From positions 39,248,001 to 39,312,000 of the forward strand of contig CM052818.1 in the NCBI GenBank assembly GCA_028534125.1: a stretch of DNA of 64,000 nucleotides, in the 5' to 3' direction. Both the position numbers and the translations under genes were made by a program. Position 1 is the first letter of the stretch. Every line of letters starts with the position of its first letter. This document shows, piece by piece, positions 41,856-56,516 of the stretch. This DNA comes from Lama glama (taxonomy: Eukaryota). Under the pieces are notes generated by a model, which did no database searches, was not told the origin of the DNA, and saw nothing but the letters and a program-made list of their open reading frames with translations.

Positions 41856-42956
41856 GTAAATGAATGCAAATCCAAATGTTTGAACTCCATGGGAAATCAT
41901 TTGTTCAGTGAGATTTCCACATGGTATTTGTCAGTATGCAATTCTAATTCTTTCAAAAGGAAAAGAACAAAACCCCAAACCTTCTGTGGTGTTTTTCTAG
42001 AGTATTTTTGTAATAAAATTCAGAGAATATCACATATAAATGTTAGATGAATTTGGCTGAAGTTATTGATGGAAAATGAAAAAGAATGAGGAAAGAAAAC
42101 TAAGTCACTGTGTTGCCCTAGGCAATGTGTGTTATTGTGCTGTGTTATTAGGAGACCAATAAAAATGATGTGAATCAGCATTTCAGTAAGGTTACAAAAT
42201 CTCACATTTTGGCAGATTATTTACAGGTTTATGTCATTCTTTCTGATTTTCAGATGTGTGAATTAGTATGCACCTAGTTTCCAAGAACAGAAAATTGGAT
42301 TAAAAACATTTCTATTAATAAGTCTCTTGTGTTTTATGACTTGATTTCTCTTTTTCTAGTTCTCTGGAATCATAGCAAACTGTTACACATTTTGTTAGGA
42401 TCTAGTGTTGCTCCAGGTTGGAGAGCTAGACGATCCCCAATCTAAATTGTAGATCTAGATGAGGAGATTGGAGTTGGAACCTCAGCTCTGCCATAAGACT
42501 TCTGAATGTCTTTTAGCACATTGCTGAATATCCTTGGATTTTAGTTCACTTTTTTGTAAAATAAAGGATTGAGCTGAATTACTTTTTGGATTCCTTACAT
42601 CATTGCTTCTCAAGCATTATCAGACATTAGGAATCATCTGATGAGGTTGTTAAAATGGATTTCTGGGCTCTAGCCCCAGAGTTGATCTGGAATGGGGTCT
42701 GACAATTTGCATTTCTAGTGATACTGACGTTATAGGTTCTCAGACCACGCTTTGAGTAGCACTGCTTTACAGCTTTGAAGTGGTATTTAGGAATATTAAT
42801 TGAGCACTTTCTATGTTTGGGGTGTTTAACCTTCAGTATCTCATTTGTCTTCACAATAATCTTGAGAGGTAGGTAATCCAGATGAGAAAACTGAGGTGCT
42901 GAGCAGTTAATAAATGGCCCAAGGTCACATAGGAAATAAGTGACACAGATAAGATT

Positions 42957-43410
42957 TGAAATAATGGGAATAGAAAAGAGTTTTACTTGAGCCAAACTGA
43001 GTACTATTAGGCGGGAAGCAGCCTCTCAGGTAGTTCTGGGAAACTCTTCCAAAGAAGATGGTTTTATCTCTTGCTGAAACAAACAGCATCAAACATGACA
43101 GTGGTACATTCCTTCAAGGAATGTATATGCTTCCTACACAACGAGTCAGTCTGGCTTTGGCTTTGGCTCCTGGGAAGAGAGCCTTATCATTGAAGGAGTG
43201 CCAGCACTGAGCATTTATATTTATCTCTGTGTTCAGAATGGACATTCTTTACTTCTGGACAATGCATGCTTTAATGATTAAAACAGATACACAAGATATG
43301 TTTGATAGGCTACAAAACAGGCTGTTCTAGTTAGCATAAAGTTTAAGTTAAATAATAAATAAGCCAGAATGACTTCCCCATACTTCAATATGTGAAAATT
43401 TCTTCTGTCA
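42957..43410 (-). mobile_element. Endogenous retrovirus solo LTR inserted into a MIR
   Basis: TG...CA bounded 454-bp block with flanks gatt/gaat. It interrupts a MIR (about 42780-42956) that resumes at 43411. Confidence 0.6.
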
Positions 43411-45080
43411 GAATTTAGTTTGTCTCACTTTCAAGCCCTCGGTTTTGACCACTACACAGAGGGCTCATGGACAGCCTCAGTAGAGAGAGTAATTGTTTTG
43501 ATGTGTTAGATTAATTCTATGAAATAAAAGGCAGATTTGAAAGGTAGATACTTATGTACCAATTAGAGTTTGACCTCTGATGTTTAGCAATTTAATCTCC
43601 CAGTGCTTTAGTTTTCTTAACTGTGTTAAGAGAAAATAATTCTTGTCTTTGTTGTTTTTCAAATATATAGGTACATATGTGTATGTATGTATTTTTTGTT
43701 TTGCTTAAAACATGTAGGAAGTTTTAGTTACATTAAGAAATGCACTTACATTGAAGACTTTTCAAGAAAAAAATTACTTCTTTTCCTGTTCTGCACTTTT
43801 GATGAAGTATGGTTAGAGTATTCTTTGCAATTAGTGAGCAAGATGGCATGTAGATTCTTGAGCGTCTTGAAAGATGGAGTAAATTATTTGTTTTGGAACG
43901 TAATGAGTGTAAATCATATTTTAAAGAGATAAATATGAGAACTAATGCTGGAAGATTCTTAAAAGTTCAGTCTATTGTATTTAATAATTATAGTTGTGAT
44001 ACAACAGATCCTCCAGTAACAATTACCAGATATTGCATTCCTAGTACATGTGAAGTACTGTGTTGTACTAAAGATGCAAAGATGTGACTTTGTAAGTACC
44101 ATTTTGGAGTTTAGCTACAAAATAGCCAAGTTATTATCATTCATCAATATAATGTAACAATCCTCTACATCAATAAAACACCTTCTATGGCATCATTTTA
44201 ATGGCTCTTTAGTATTCCATTATGTTGGTATATATGATAGTTTATTTAACCAGTTCTAGTGTTGGACATTTAGATGTCTTCATATAGGTTGTCTCTAACA
44301 ATATATTCATATCTAAAGATATTTATTAAAGATATTTCTTTGTGTAAACCTTCAATTACTTGCTAGGATAAATTTCTAGAAGTGGAATCCACTGGATCAA
44401 AGGTCATGTACATTTATTTATAAAGCGTCTTCGTATGTTTAGACAACTTATCTCCTAGGAAGTTTGCACTACTTTGCATTCCCTGTGGTTATGTACCCGG
44501 TTTTCACTCCCTTGCCTTAGAAGGAAAGGAACTAGAACCAGCATTAGCCTGCAGCTTTTTCCATCAGGTTAAGACAGGGAGGGTGGGTAACTTTCTTCTC
44601 TCACAAGCCAACTTCCATATGTTTTGCTGGAGCCCACCTCCTCCCTCCTTCCATGGACCTCATTACTTTTTTATCCTCTCTCTCCTTTGAGTTTCAGTTT
44701 GATTTCTCCCTCTTTTCTCTCCCTCACCAGTGATTTTCATGTTCCAAATCCAATGGACAGCTTTTATTTTTGGTTCTTATCAGCATTTGACCTTTCCTTC
44801 TGTCTTGAATCATAGTTTTTCAAGACAAAAGGAGAACTGAAGTTTTAAAATTATTGTTATATTTCTGTATATTGCTTTTCCCTCCTTTCTCAATCTCTTT
44901 ACTAGATTTTCCTCTAACTGTTGGAATTCCTGAGAACTTGGTTCTGGGCTCTCGTCATTTTACATTCTCTTTAGACTTATTCTTTCATTCCCATGGCTTT
45001 AAATGCCATCTGTGGGGTGATGATTCCTAAATAAACATCCCCAGCCCAGTCCTGATTTTTCAGATTTAGACATCGCCACA

Positions 45081-46235
45081 AAAATCTTTCATGGGTTTTA
45101 AATGCCTTCTTTTATTGGTGTCTTCTTTCATCATCCAAGGGTTATTGGTACATGCTTTTAGAAGAATTCTGTCAGTATTACCCAATTTTTGTTCCCGTGC
45201 CAGTCTGGTTTGTTTCCTCATTGGTCATGGGGAGTTTAGGAATGTAACTCACTAGAGTCTTGGGATACTGGTGGCTTTGCTCTACCTCTACCTCATTGAA
45301 AACTTTTGGCTTTTTTTTTTAACATCAGAACTTTCAGATGAATTTTGCAAAATTTTCTGCATGATCAAGTTCTGGAGTTGCTGCCAGCAAAAGACAATGT
45401 TTCGATGTGGATTATACTTGTTCAACATGTAAAGTGAAATTCCAAAAAATTATTCTCATCTGTCAGAATATATTTTGTGAAGAGTCCTTTACTTAATAGT
45501 TTAACAAAGAGAAAGTATGCCTGCTGTGCAGAATTATGAATTCAGACCATATAAATAAAGGGAAAGATGAAACTATTTCATCACACTTTCAGATATGTTA
45601 GGTCCTGTAAACCCTTAGAATCACATATCATTAATTTCACTTGGTTACAGTGACTATCACTATAGGCATTAGAATGGATTTTCAATGCTATAAGAAACAT
45701 GTTTCTATCAAATGTTTCTAGAATACTAGAATACGGTTTAAGTGTGTAGAACAATTTTTAAGCAATTCAATGAGTGAAAGAACCTTCTGTTAAAAAATAA
45801 TGATCCGCCTAATGTATATCAACAACATTTATTTTGTCTTAATTGTTTGACAGATGATTGTGATGTTATATATGTGCATTCTTGGTAATGTTACCAAGAC
45901 AGTAACTGGATAATTAGAACTAGTGGTTTTAGAGGAACTCAGGTATTTTTTTCTGAGATTGTTTTCAGAATAAAGGATATTTTTCATAATATTTTAACAT
46001 ACATGTTATTTGAAAGTAGAATTTTATTCAGCAGCAACTTTTATAATTCCCATTCTCACAAATTCTTAAAAGAGTTTCATAAATTCGTGTTTTTAAGTAG
46101 ATGTTTTAAATGCTGTATTTTACATGTATTAGTCAGATTTTCTAAGTGAAGATTAATGTACTGAGATGACATATTAATGTATTATTCTCTACAATATGAT
46201 TAGTAATCAAGGAGAATAAATCATTTTAAATAAGT
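45081..46235 (+). pseudogene. RNFT1P: 5'-truncated processed pseudogene of RNFT1 (RING finger protein, transmembrane 1)
   Basis: Translates FMGFKCLLLLVSSFI / KGYWYMLLEEFCQYYPIFVPVPVWF ... GVAASKRQCFDVDYTCSTCKVKFQKIILICQNIFCEESFT**FNKEKVCLLCRIMNSDHINKGKDETISSHFQIC* (stop 45599-45601). This matches the RNFT1 C-terminus as recalled. It is intronless with frameshifts and stops, and is followed by an AT-rich UTR with AATAAA at 46215. Confidence 0.88.
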
Positions 46236-47106
46236 CTTTAAAGGCATACATTGCTCTTTGGATAAAATCTAAAAAAATTTTTTTTATTGTTTCCTGCAAA
46301 GACTTCCTAATTTTTTCCTGTGCCCATCACTTCTGCCTCATCTTGGGCCATTCTCCCCCAGTTCAACCACATTGGCCTTTTTTCAGTTTGTCAGAGGCTC
46401 TACACTTCTACTCAGGGGCCTTTGCCTCGCTGTTTCCTAGCCTGGAATACTGCCCCCCTTTCCCTGCCTTGCTTGGCTTTTCCAGTTTCTCCCTCAGTCT
46501 CAGCATAAATATCATTTCTTCAGAAATCCTTCCCTGGTTCTCCCTCCGTCCAGTCTAAATTAATCCCCTTCTGTTACTGCCTCTTTTTATACCTTTACTT
46601 CCCCAGTTTATAATTATATATATATAAATAGTTATGTGGGTGTGTGAGGGTGTATTTAATATCTGTCCCCTCAGTAGACTCCAGGCTCTCTGAAGGGAGA
46701 GGCCTTAACTATTTTGTTCATCATTTTATATTCAGAACCTTCCACATTACATAGGGCAGTGTGGACATTCAATAAATATTTGTTGAATGAATGAATGAAT
46801 AAATACAAGATTCTGTAAAATCTAGTAAAAACCAGTTTCCAAAATCTTTGCTTTTTGATCAATCTTATGCCTTAGAGTTCTCAATCTGTATCTCATAAAT
46901 ATTTTTATGTTTTATCTTTGGGGAAGGAATAAGTAACAATAATAATAAGTTATATATTTAATATACTGAATAAACAACATCCTTTACACGTTTTTGCTTT
47001 ATTTTTCCAGAAAAACATCTTTGCAAGAGGGTACATGTTATTGTCCATGTTTTCGCCATGAGAAAAGCGGATCAGAATGAGGCATACTTAAAAGAAATCT
47101 TTCTAA

Positions 47107-47316
<210 letters not shown>

Positions 47317-48235
47317 TGAATAGTATTAACTTTAGGAATTTATAAACTGTCTACTTAATGCAACAATGTCATCCTTTTAAATAATGGTAATATTTTAAGA
47401 AATCATTTCTATTTAGCCATAATTAATACATAGAGTCATTCACCAACTTTCAGATGATTAAATAACATCTTCAACAGATGTGAAAAAAAGTAGCTATTTT
47501 ATATATTAAAAATACTGATATCTGCCTATGGATAGGATATAATCCTTTTTTGGAGTCTATCCTTGGTCCCAGATTAAAGTAGACTAAAGAGGCATCTGAA
47601 TGCACTACATGAGCCTAGACTGAATCATGAAGTGACAAAAACAAGTATCTATAAAGGACATTATTTGGACAGTTGATAAAACTTGAAAGTGGGCTGTGGG
47701 TTAGATAATATTGTACCATTACTAAACTTTCTAATTTGTAAAATAGTTTTACAAGAGAAATGCCCCTGTTCTTAGGATATACACATTAAAATATTTAGGG
47801 ATTAAAAACTAAAAGAAACCCCATTTGGTCATACAGCCCAGAGGTTTAAGATATGCTCAAGAGTTTGTTACTAATAGGATGGAAAACAAGGTTGAGGGGG
47901 GGAAGAGAAATAGGGGATATATCAACCACAAACAAATATCCACCCCCTCCCCTGACCAAAAAAAAGTACTTAGTATGATGTCCTTTGGGCATCATAATCC
48001 TTGGGAGTCAGGCAAATTGGGTAGATTTTACTTACATTTGTTTCTGTCCTCAGATATAATGGCAGCTCTTGCAGCTGATCCTACAGGGACTTTAGCTGGC
48101 ATGAAATAGAAATAAACATGTAAAATAGGATTATGCATTGTTGTAGAAATGAGTAATAATAGTAACTACATCCTGTGAATATTTTTGAGTAATATTAAAG
48201 ACTGGTTAGTTGCCCAGGAACAGTATTGATTTTAA

Positions 48236-48436
<201 letters not shown>

Positions 48437-49715
48437 TAATCTTTCACAAAATGGAGTCTGGATTACAGTATCTGGATGGGGAAATAACTTCTTTTAAATA
48501 GACCCTTTTTTAACCAGCAACAGGAGGAGTTCACAGGGGTGATATTTCGGAATTTATGGCTGCCTACTCTTCCCTTTAACATTATTTCTTTTGAACTGTG
48601 ACCTTGCGTTAAGAAGGTGAATTAGGTGACTGTTGATTATCTCCAAACTGAACTTAAGACTCTTAGCAGTATAGTTTCTGCTTGAGATAGCCTATTTTTT
48701 TCTTTTTCTTTTTTCAGTTTTCCAGTAAAAATTGGTTTCTCTGTGGTTGGTGGCTATAGTTAGTTCAGTAGATAAGAACATATTTATGAAGAAGTCAAAG
48801 GCAATAATTCATTTCCTTTAATGAGTCAGTTAGCTTCCTTTTCTTCCACAGATACAGATTTTATCTCAGCTCTGACTACTGGCTCACAAGTTGTGCCTTT
48901 TGCCCACAAGAGAGAGAGAAGGATTAATTTAGGTGCATCACTGTTACCAGAAAAATAACTTAATAATACACATTCTCTTGAGGCCTGTAGCCATCATCTT
49001 TAAATGAACAGGGCCCCTTAGTTCATATGTGTTGTTTTGAAAACTTTTAGGGTATGCCTTTTAAATATTCTCAATTAAAACATGCTGTAGTACATGAATT
49101 CATTTATTTATTTTTAGAGTTTATGTCTGTGTGTATGTGTGTAGGTAAGTAGGATGTGAAAGTACAGGAGATTAAACTTTGTCTGTTTCCAAAGTAGGTC
49201 TTCTCTGAGCCTCAGTCTTGACTTGATGATACCCTGCTCTGACTAGTTATTCCACATCGCGTGATTATTTGCCTGGCTTCAAGCCAGAGTTCCCTGTACC
49301 ATAATGTAGTAAAGCCTTTTAAAAACAAAAACAAAACAAAATGGCCTTGTGATTTGTCTCACATTTGGTTATACCTTAAGTCAGGTCACATCTCACTCCA
49401 GTCCCACGTACAAGAACGTTTTTGTCACTCAGCATTAGTGATGTGATATCGCTAGTGTGATATGAACAGCTTAAATTTTTTCAGGCAGGCTTAGAGTTTT
49501 TACATAATATGCTGATATTTAATACGCCTATAATCAATCATTGGAGAGTTTATGCATACGTATAAAGGTATTGTAGTTATTATGTTTTTTTCCTTGTTAT
49601 GTGAGATGTGCTCAAGTGGGAAAAGTTGGGCTTTGAGGAAAATCAATTGTTTTGGTTCTTCCAAAGCAAATGAAGTTTTATTTTTCAATTGACAGAAAAA
49701 AAGAAAGAGAAAAAG

Positions 49716-49863
49716 ATTATGAAAATGAATATATGTACGTATATGCATGACTGGGACATTGTGCTGTATACCAGAGGCTGATACATTATAATTAACTGTA
49801 CTTTAATTAAAAAAAAAATTCATTCTGAACAAAAAAATTAAAATAAATCGGGAAAATGTAAAA
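49716..49863 (+). mobile_element. Very short L1 3' end insertion with extra 3' segment and second polyA
   Basis: L1 3' UTR end (TGTGCTGTATACCAGA...ACTGTACTTTAATTAAAAAA), similar to the reverse complement of the L1 tail at 22-120. Flanking repeat AAAAAAAGAAAGAGAAAAAG at 49696-49715 and 49864-49883. Confidence 0.75.
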
Positions 49864-50140
49864 AAAAAAAGAAAGAGAAAAAGCAAGAAAGAGGGAAAAA
49901 AAAGATGGGCATTTATTGTGTTTTCTGTGATAACCTTTGAAGCAATTATTAGTTAAGACCTAAGTTACTTTTGCATCTTGTTCTGTTGGATTTGAAGATT
50001 TTATAGTTTGATGTGTCAAGTTGTAGAAAACTTTGCATTTATTTATCCCACTGTGTATTTTATGGCATGTTTTCAACTCTGAAGTACCATTTATTAGATG
50101 GGAGCTTTGACTTGTAATTTGTTTTTATTTGTGAAAACAG

Positions 50141-50269
50141 GCTCATGGTATGAGGAGATGATCAACAATAGGAACAAATCAGTGGTTCGAAGTATGAGCT
50201 GGAATGCCGACGGACAGAAGATCTGCATCGTGTACGAAGATGGGGCTGTGATAGTTGGTTCTGTGGACG
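50141..50269 (+). CDS. WDR35: WDR35 exon 5
   Basis: aacag|GCTCAT...GGACG|gtaat, 129 bp. Encodes (G)[42 protein letters not shown]. Confidence 0.97.
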
Positions 50270-51701
50270 GTAATGCATTTTTGCACCTAGAGCTAAGATC
50301 AAGATTTAGCTGACATTTTTGATCTTTAGAGGTTTAAATTAATTGTCATATGTTAGCATTCTGACAGGAAAATGAACATGAAAAGGGAAAATAGTTGCCG
50401 TACAATTTGATGACATTCAAGAATCATTTATTTTCAAGTATATTCAGGTAAAAAAAAATCAACTTAAAAGTTTCCTACAGTAGCACTGGAAAAAAAGAGT
50501 TTTTCAGAATTATTTTAAATATATCTACCTAATTATATGACTTATCTTTACATTTGTTAGACTGTATTATAAATATGTAAATATTTCAAAAAGTATGTAG
50601 AGGTCTAACAATCACTTTTTAAACATTGAGATGAAAATGATATATAACAGTTTCAGGAGTATAGCATAATGATTCAGTATTTTTATATATTATGAAATGA
50701 TCACCTGGTCATTTTTTAATAGAACTGAGCATGACATTGCTGTGTTTTGTAGGCTAAAAACCTGTATCTTTAAAATTCTAGTTCATCCATAACACTAGGG
50801 CTTCTAAGAGTTTGGACTTTTGTTTTAGTGTGAACTTCTGTCCATTAGAGAAATAATTTACTAAAAAATTTTTTTTGTACAGAAAAAAGTAAATTTTCTG
50901 AGAGCCTTCAAAATGACAGCTGTAGTTCTAGGCACTAGGTACAACAAAAAAAAATTTCAGATCTGGATCAGGAGAGATGGGTAAGTAACCAAGCAATTAC
51001 AATGCCTCGTGATAGGTGCTAAGGGAGGGAAAATACAGCAACACATGGAAGAAGTATGCAGCCCAGAATCAGAGGGATCAGGGAGGGCATCCTGGAGGAA
51101 GTGATGTTTATGCTGAGGCATTAGCTACAAGGAAGGTTGGTGTGTACAATATCCTAGACCTAAGAAACAGCATTTGAGGAGGTCCAGAGGAGTTGAACTT
51201 ACCCATGTTTAGGGTATTGAAACAATTTTGAAAATCAGTGTAGTATAAAATGAAAGGGGAGAAGAGTTAGTATGTGATGAAATTAGGATATTAGCCTAGA
51301 TTAGTGTCTGACTGAGGACATTCCTCTTTCTGTGTATTAGGGGGCAAAGCAGAAAGGATAAGTGGATTCAGTTCTGTTCCGAATGTTTGAAAGTGGGAAT
51401 GGGGGATATCTTTTATGAAAGCTTTTATTTTCTTCCCAAAGTAGAAGTGAGTAGGAGTGAGGTTCTGAGTCAGAGTTTAGAAGAGAAGGAAGAAAGTTGG
51501 AAACAGCTGCTATTTCAGATGCTTAGTAGGGTGTTTGACACATAGTAGGTGCTCAGTATTGACTGAATAAATTGAACAAATGCATGAATGCTGTGAAGAG
51601 TGTGAGAGCTTTTTCAGGAAACAAAGATTTTTAGAGAGGTTATTGGAGAATCATGACCTTGAACTTTTAATGAAATGATTATGTTTTATGTTTTGTTTTA
51701 G

Positions 51702-51835
51702 GGAATCGCATTTGGGGAAAAGACCTGAAGGGTATACAGTTGTGCCATGTAGCCTGGTCCGCAGATAGCAAAATCTTACTTTTTGGAATGGCAAATGGAG
51801 AAATACACATTTATGATAATCAGGGGAATTTTATA
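51702..51835 (+). CDS. WDR35: WDR35 exon 6
   Basis: tttag|GGAATC...TTTATA|gtaag, 134 bp. Encodes (G)[44 protein letters not shown]. Confidence 0.97.
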
Positions 51836-52340
51836 GTAAGTATATATATTCTTTACTTTTATTTATACAGTTTTATTGTTGATGATTATTTTCTATATCA
51901 TTCACATATGTATACACATTTATTTATTATGATAGTTTATGTAGTCAAGAAAGTCTTCAATTCAGGTTTTCCTCCAGTCATCTAAAATTTTTTAATTAAA
52001 AAAACTTCTGGGTTGCTTTAAGGTAAATTAATGCTTTTAATTCTGATTTTCTGGTAGCTGGAAAGGACAAGACCTCAGTGTATTGAAGCTGAGGGATAAT
52101 GAGTAGGACGATGTGTGGTTTAATCTTTGTGTCTTCTAATACCTGAAGCCAAAGTTTCCATGAGATACCAAAGATATTTTTGTAGCAAGCTACTAAAGAT
52201 TGTAAAAAGGATGGAAGACTTAAACATCAGGTCCTGAAAAGAAGACAAAATAGAATAGGCTGAGGAAGCATAATATCAAGAAAAACCTTGTCTTTGTGAG
52301 ATCTGGCTGTGATGGATCTCTGACCTTACTTCTGGGGCAG

Positions 52341-52472
52341 TTTTTTTGAGGGGGGAGGGTAGGTAATTAGGTTTTTATTTATTTATTTATTTTAATGGAG
52401 GTACTAGGGATTGAACCCAGGACCTCATGCCTGCTAAGCATGCACTGTACCACTGAGCTCCACCCTCCCCCT
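52341..52472 (-). mobile_element. tRNA-derived SINE (vic-1-like)
   Basis: GGAGGTACTAGGGATTGAACCCAGGACCTCATGCCTGCTAAGCATGCACTGTACCACTGAGCT with a (TTTA)n tail. Confidence 0.87.
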
Positions 52473-52827
52473 ACTTTTGTTTTTACTGAGGGTTAAGACG
52501 TTACATAAATCCACTCATTGGTGAAAGTGATAATAACCAACCAACTTTTACATGACACTTTGCTATTTTCAAAGCACTTTTGTATACCTCGTGTCATTGA
52601 GTCTCATAAAAACTCTATGCGTTTTTTTTTTTTTATCTTCATTTTACAAATGGGGAAAACTGAAACTCAGGTAAAGTGATTTGTCCATGATTGGTAAACC
52701 AATAAGTGATGGAGCTTGCATCCCAAACCAGATTTTTAAATTTTTTCAGTGTTCTTTATATAACACTATGATTCATACTGACTCCTGTTTTAAAATATAA
52801 AATACTAACCTAACTGATTTTATTTAG

Positions 52828-52998
<171 letters not shown>

Positions 52999-53119
52999 TA
53001 ATTTTTCTTTTTTTTTAATGTGGAGAATTAAAAAAATATTTTAAAATTGTCTTTAAGATGATAAAATTCTCTTGGCTAAGTTTTTCACTATAATTACTTC
53101 ATTTTTTGTTTTTGACTAG

Positions 53120-53265
53120 ATCCTGTTTTAATTGATACTGGCATGTATGTAGTCAGCATCCAGTGGAACCACATTGGCAGTGTGCTAGCTGTTGCAGGCT
53201 CCCAGAAGGCCATCACTCAGGATAAAGATGTAAACATTGTACAGTTTTACACTCCATTTGGTGAG
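53120..53265 (+). CDS. WDR35: WDR35 exon 8
   Basis: actag|ATCCTG...GGTGAG|gtaag, 146 bp. Encodes (N)[48 protein letters not shown]. Confidence 0.97.
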
Positions 53266-56200
53266 GTAAGTGTATTAAAGGTTTTGTCTTCTTTCTATTT
53301 AAATATGCACTGAGTAAGGGGGGAAACTGAATGGAGGGAGGAATATGAATTTGTCACATTTTTTAAAAGGGACATTTCAAGTAAAAATGATGAACCATCA
53401 GGTGAATGTCTTTGAATGTTATCCCCATATTATAAGTCTTCATGGTTGTATTTTATCATGGAATTTATTTGATAATCTGTACATTTAGAAAACCAGATGT
53501 TTCACATAAGAAATCACTAGGGAGTAGCTGAGAATATTTTCTCTGTGATCTGAATATGCATCTCCTTTTACAGCTGGTTTTTGAGTTATTTTTAGTATAA
53601 TTTAGTTGTTCGAGGTTAATTTTGGGGGTTTTAATATGATATATGAAATATGCAAAGATATTAAATATACATATCTGTGTGTCCTTTTCCCAAACTTCTA
53701 ATAGTTTTAATTTGCTGGGGAATAAACAATTATTTTAAGAAAATCTATCTTAATAATTAATCTTAGGTGATGCTACATTAAAATATAGGTGTTGTTTTCA
53801 TAAATACATGTGCTATCTTCCTCAATAGTGTTATTAATAAATTTAATTTTTGAAGAGAATTTTCTTTAAGCAGCAGTAGAAAAGATCAAGTAAGAGGATT
53901 CATATATTGTACATTTTAAAGAATTTAGAAAATGAGAACTTGGTAGTAACTAAACTTAATACATTTTTGCCTATTTTATTTTCTAACTTTAGACTATATT
54001 CAGTCTCTTTTGGACATCCTGTTGATTTTTATAAATTCATCATAGACTTCTATAATACATATTTTTGGCTACACAAAAGCCTATACCAGTTGCTCTCCTA
54101 TTTTAATATTAATATTTTTATGTATTTTCATAATTTTTCTAAGGGTAAGAAATGGTGTTAGCTGATGCTGAAAGTTACCCAGTACAGTGTGCTCTCAAGA
54201 GCAGGTACTCTCTGTACGTTGTCAGCTAATAATATTTCTGGTAGATGTAAAAGCTAAGGAAAAACAAAAGCATAGTTCTCAAGGTTCCTAAATAATTAAA
54301 AATCTGAATTCTAGTTATCTCGATGTTGATAGCCTCCTTTTTAATTCATGTTCTTTATTGGTTATTTTTGTTTGTTGTCATTGTCTGATTTATCTTTATA
54401 TTATTTTACCAGCTTATTCTTGTTAGTTTGGTCTTCTCTAAGTATAAAAACATGCATTCAAAGGTCTTCTTGCTTTGTCTTGCAAATCAACGTGTTATGT
54501 GTTAAACCGAAAACTGTAAGTAGTTTTCAGTATAGTTATAATTAAAAGTATCTAACATAGTTCCTTGAGGTATTTAGTCACTTAATATTTTTTTGTTTTG
54601 TTGTGTTTTGAATGAGTGAATATATGAGGGATTTGTTTTTGGATCTGTGTTATTAAGATAGAGAAAGTAACTTGGAAGGAGATTACCTCTGAAGATTTAA
54701 ACTTAAGGAAAACCTCAGAGAAGTATTTGCTTTTGATTTTGAGGGCTAGGGTCTTCTGGTTTTCACAGTGTGGTCTTAGCCATGGGAGGGGATAACAGAG
54801 CATGTGGTTTGTAGTCAGGTTGACCTGGCTTTGGCTTTGAATTCCCTTTCTACAGTGTAGTTTCACTTAGAGAAGTCATTTAACTTCTAAGACTCAGTTT
54901 ACTTATTTCCTGAAATAAAGGTAACACCTCATGACATTGTTGTAAAAATTAAAAGAGATGACAATGGGAAAATGTCTACCACGGTGCTCAATGAATGTTT
55001 ACTAACAGTTGGTTTCTCCCCTGCTGCTGCCACCGCCTGGCGTGTTTGCGGCATTGGGAGATGGCCTTGCTCTCGCAGTGCGGGTTGTCAGTACCAAGAG
55101 TGATGTTGTGAGAGCCTGCTTATTCCCTCTGGCTTCATACAGGCAGCAGGACAGATAGAGTGGACCCTCCTAGGTTAAACCTTCTTTCCCCCATTGATTT
55201 CCCTGGCAAAATACAGTTTAATATATTTGATTTTAGAGCATAGTTACTTAAGAACAATGGCTACCAGGATGATTTATTAAAATTCTAGGGATTATACTCT
55301 TGTGTCAAATAAGCAAAGATTAAAAATGTTTTCTTTCCATGGCCACATTAAAAAAGCCTTTGTATTTGTTTATTCATTTGTAAATTTAGCCATAAAATAG
55401 AATGTGTTAGTATATGAAGAAATTAATTTGACTGCATTAATTTACGTAATAGATATTTTTTTGAATACTTGTTTACCAAGGAATCTATTAAGGGATAGGG
55501 AAATAAATGTGGATATGATAAAGTTAGTGCTCTCAAGTAGCTCTCTGTCTGAATTCTCTGGAACCCGAGAGGGAGGGAAGAAGGCAGGAAGTAATATTTA
55601 AGTTGTATCTGTTTAAGATGCCTAGGAGAACTCCAGGAGGATGAGAAACAGGATAGGCGAGGCGTAGGGGAAAGGGAAGGATGATTTCAGGTGGAAGAGA
55701 TACTATATAGGCCAAAGGCATGGAGGCACAGGCGTTCCCTCCTGTGTGAGAACACAGTCATTATGGCTAACTAGTAGGGTGCTGAACCAAAGAGTTTTGG
55801 GCAAAGAGGAAAGGCACTGTATATTATGCTAAAGAATGTGATGGTGAGCTATTGATTTTTTAAAATTATTAAACATTTTTTAAAGCAGAGTAGGATATGA
55901 TTGGATTTGTGTTCCTGAATGATAACTGTGGCATCGGAGTGGAGACTGAATTTGAGGGGTGGGAATGATAAAGAGGCAAAAGGTAAAAATTGCAGTTAGG
56001 AGGCTATTACCATAGTTCAGCCAAGAAAGGAGGCAGCTGTAGTGGAGGACAGAAAGGGGTGAAAGCAATAGGGCTTGCTGACTGCTTGGCTGTTGTGGGT
56101 GGGGTGGAGATGAACGGGATGCAAGACTTAAGGATTGAGTTTACTACTCCAATATTTCACAGATTCTACAAAGCACAGTTTTTACAACTCTAAAATTGGG

Positions 56201-56516
56201 ATGCATCTTATAATCGAAGTTGCCCTATTTTAATTAGCAGTGTGTTTTTCTTTCCTTAGTTGTACATGAAAATAAAGATACATATTTAAATCTCTGCAAT
56301 CTTAGGTTTGATGAAATTTGATACTGAATTCTTCGGCTCTGGTTTGTAAACTTCTATCATAATACTTGTTTTTCATTATAAAAATTGAAGGAAAATGATT
56401 TGAAGTATGTAGCAATCTTTCACAAAATATTTTTTGTACCACTTCTGATCTCTGTGAAGTGATTTTATTTATTTAATTGTGATAATTTAGGTTAAATATA
56501 ATAATTTTTTTTTCAG

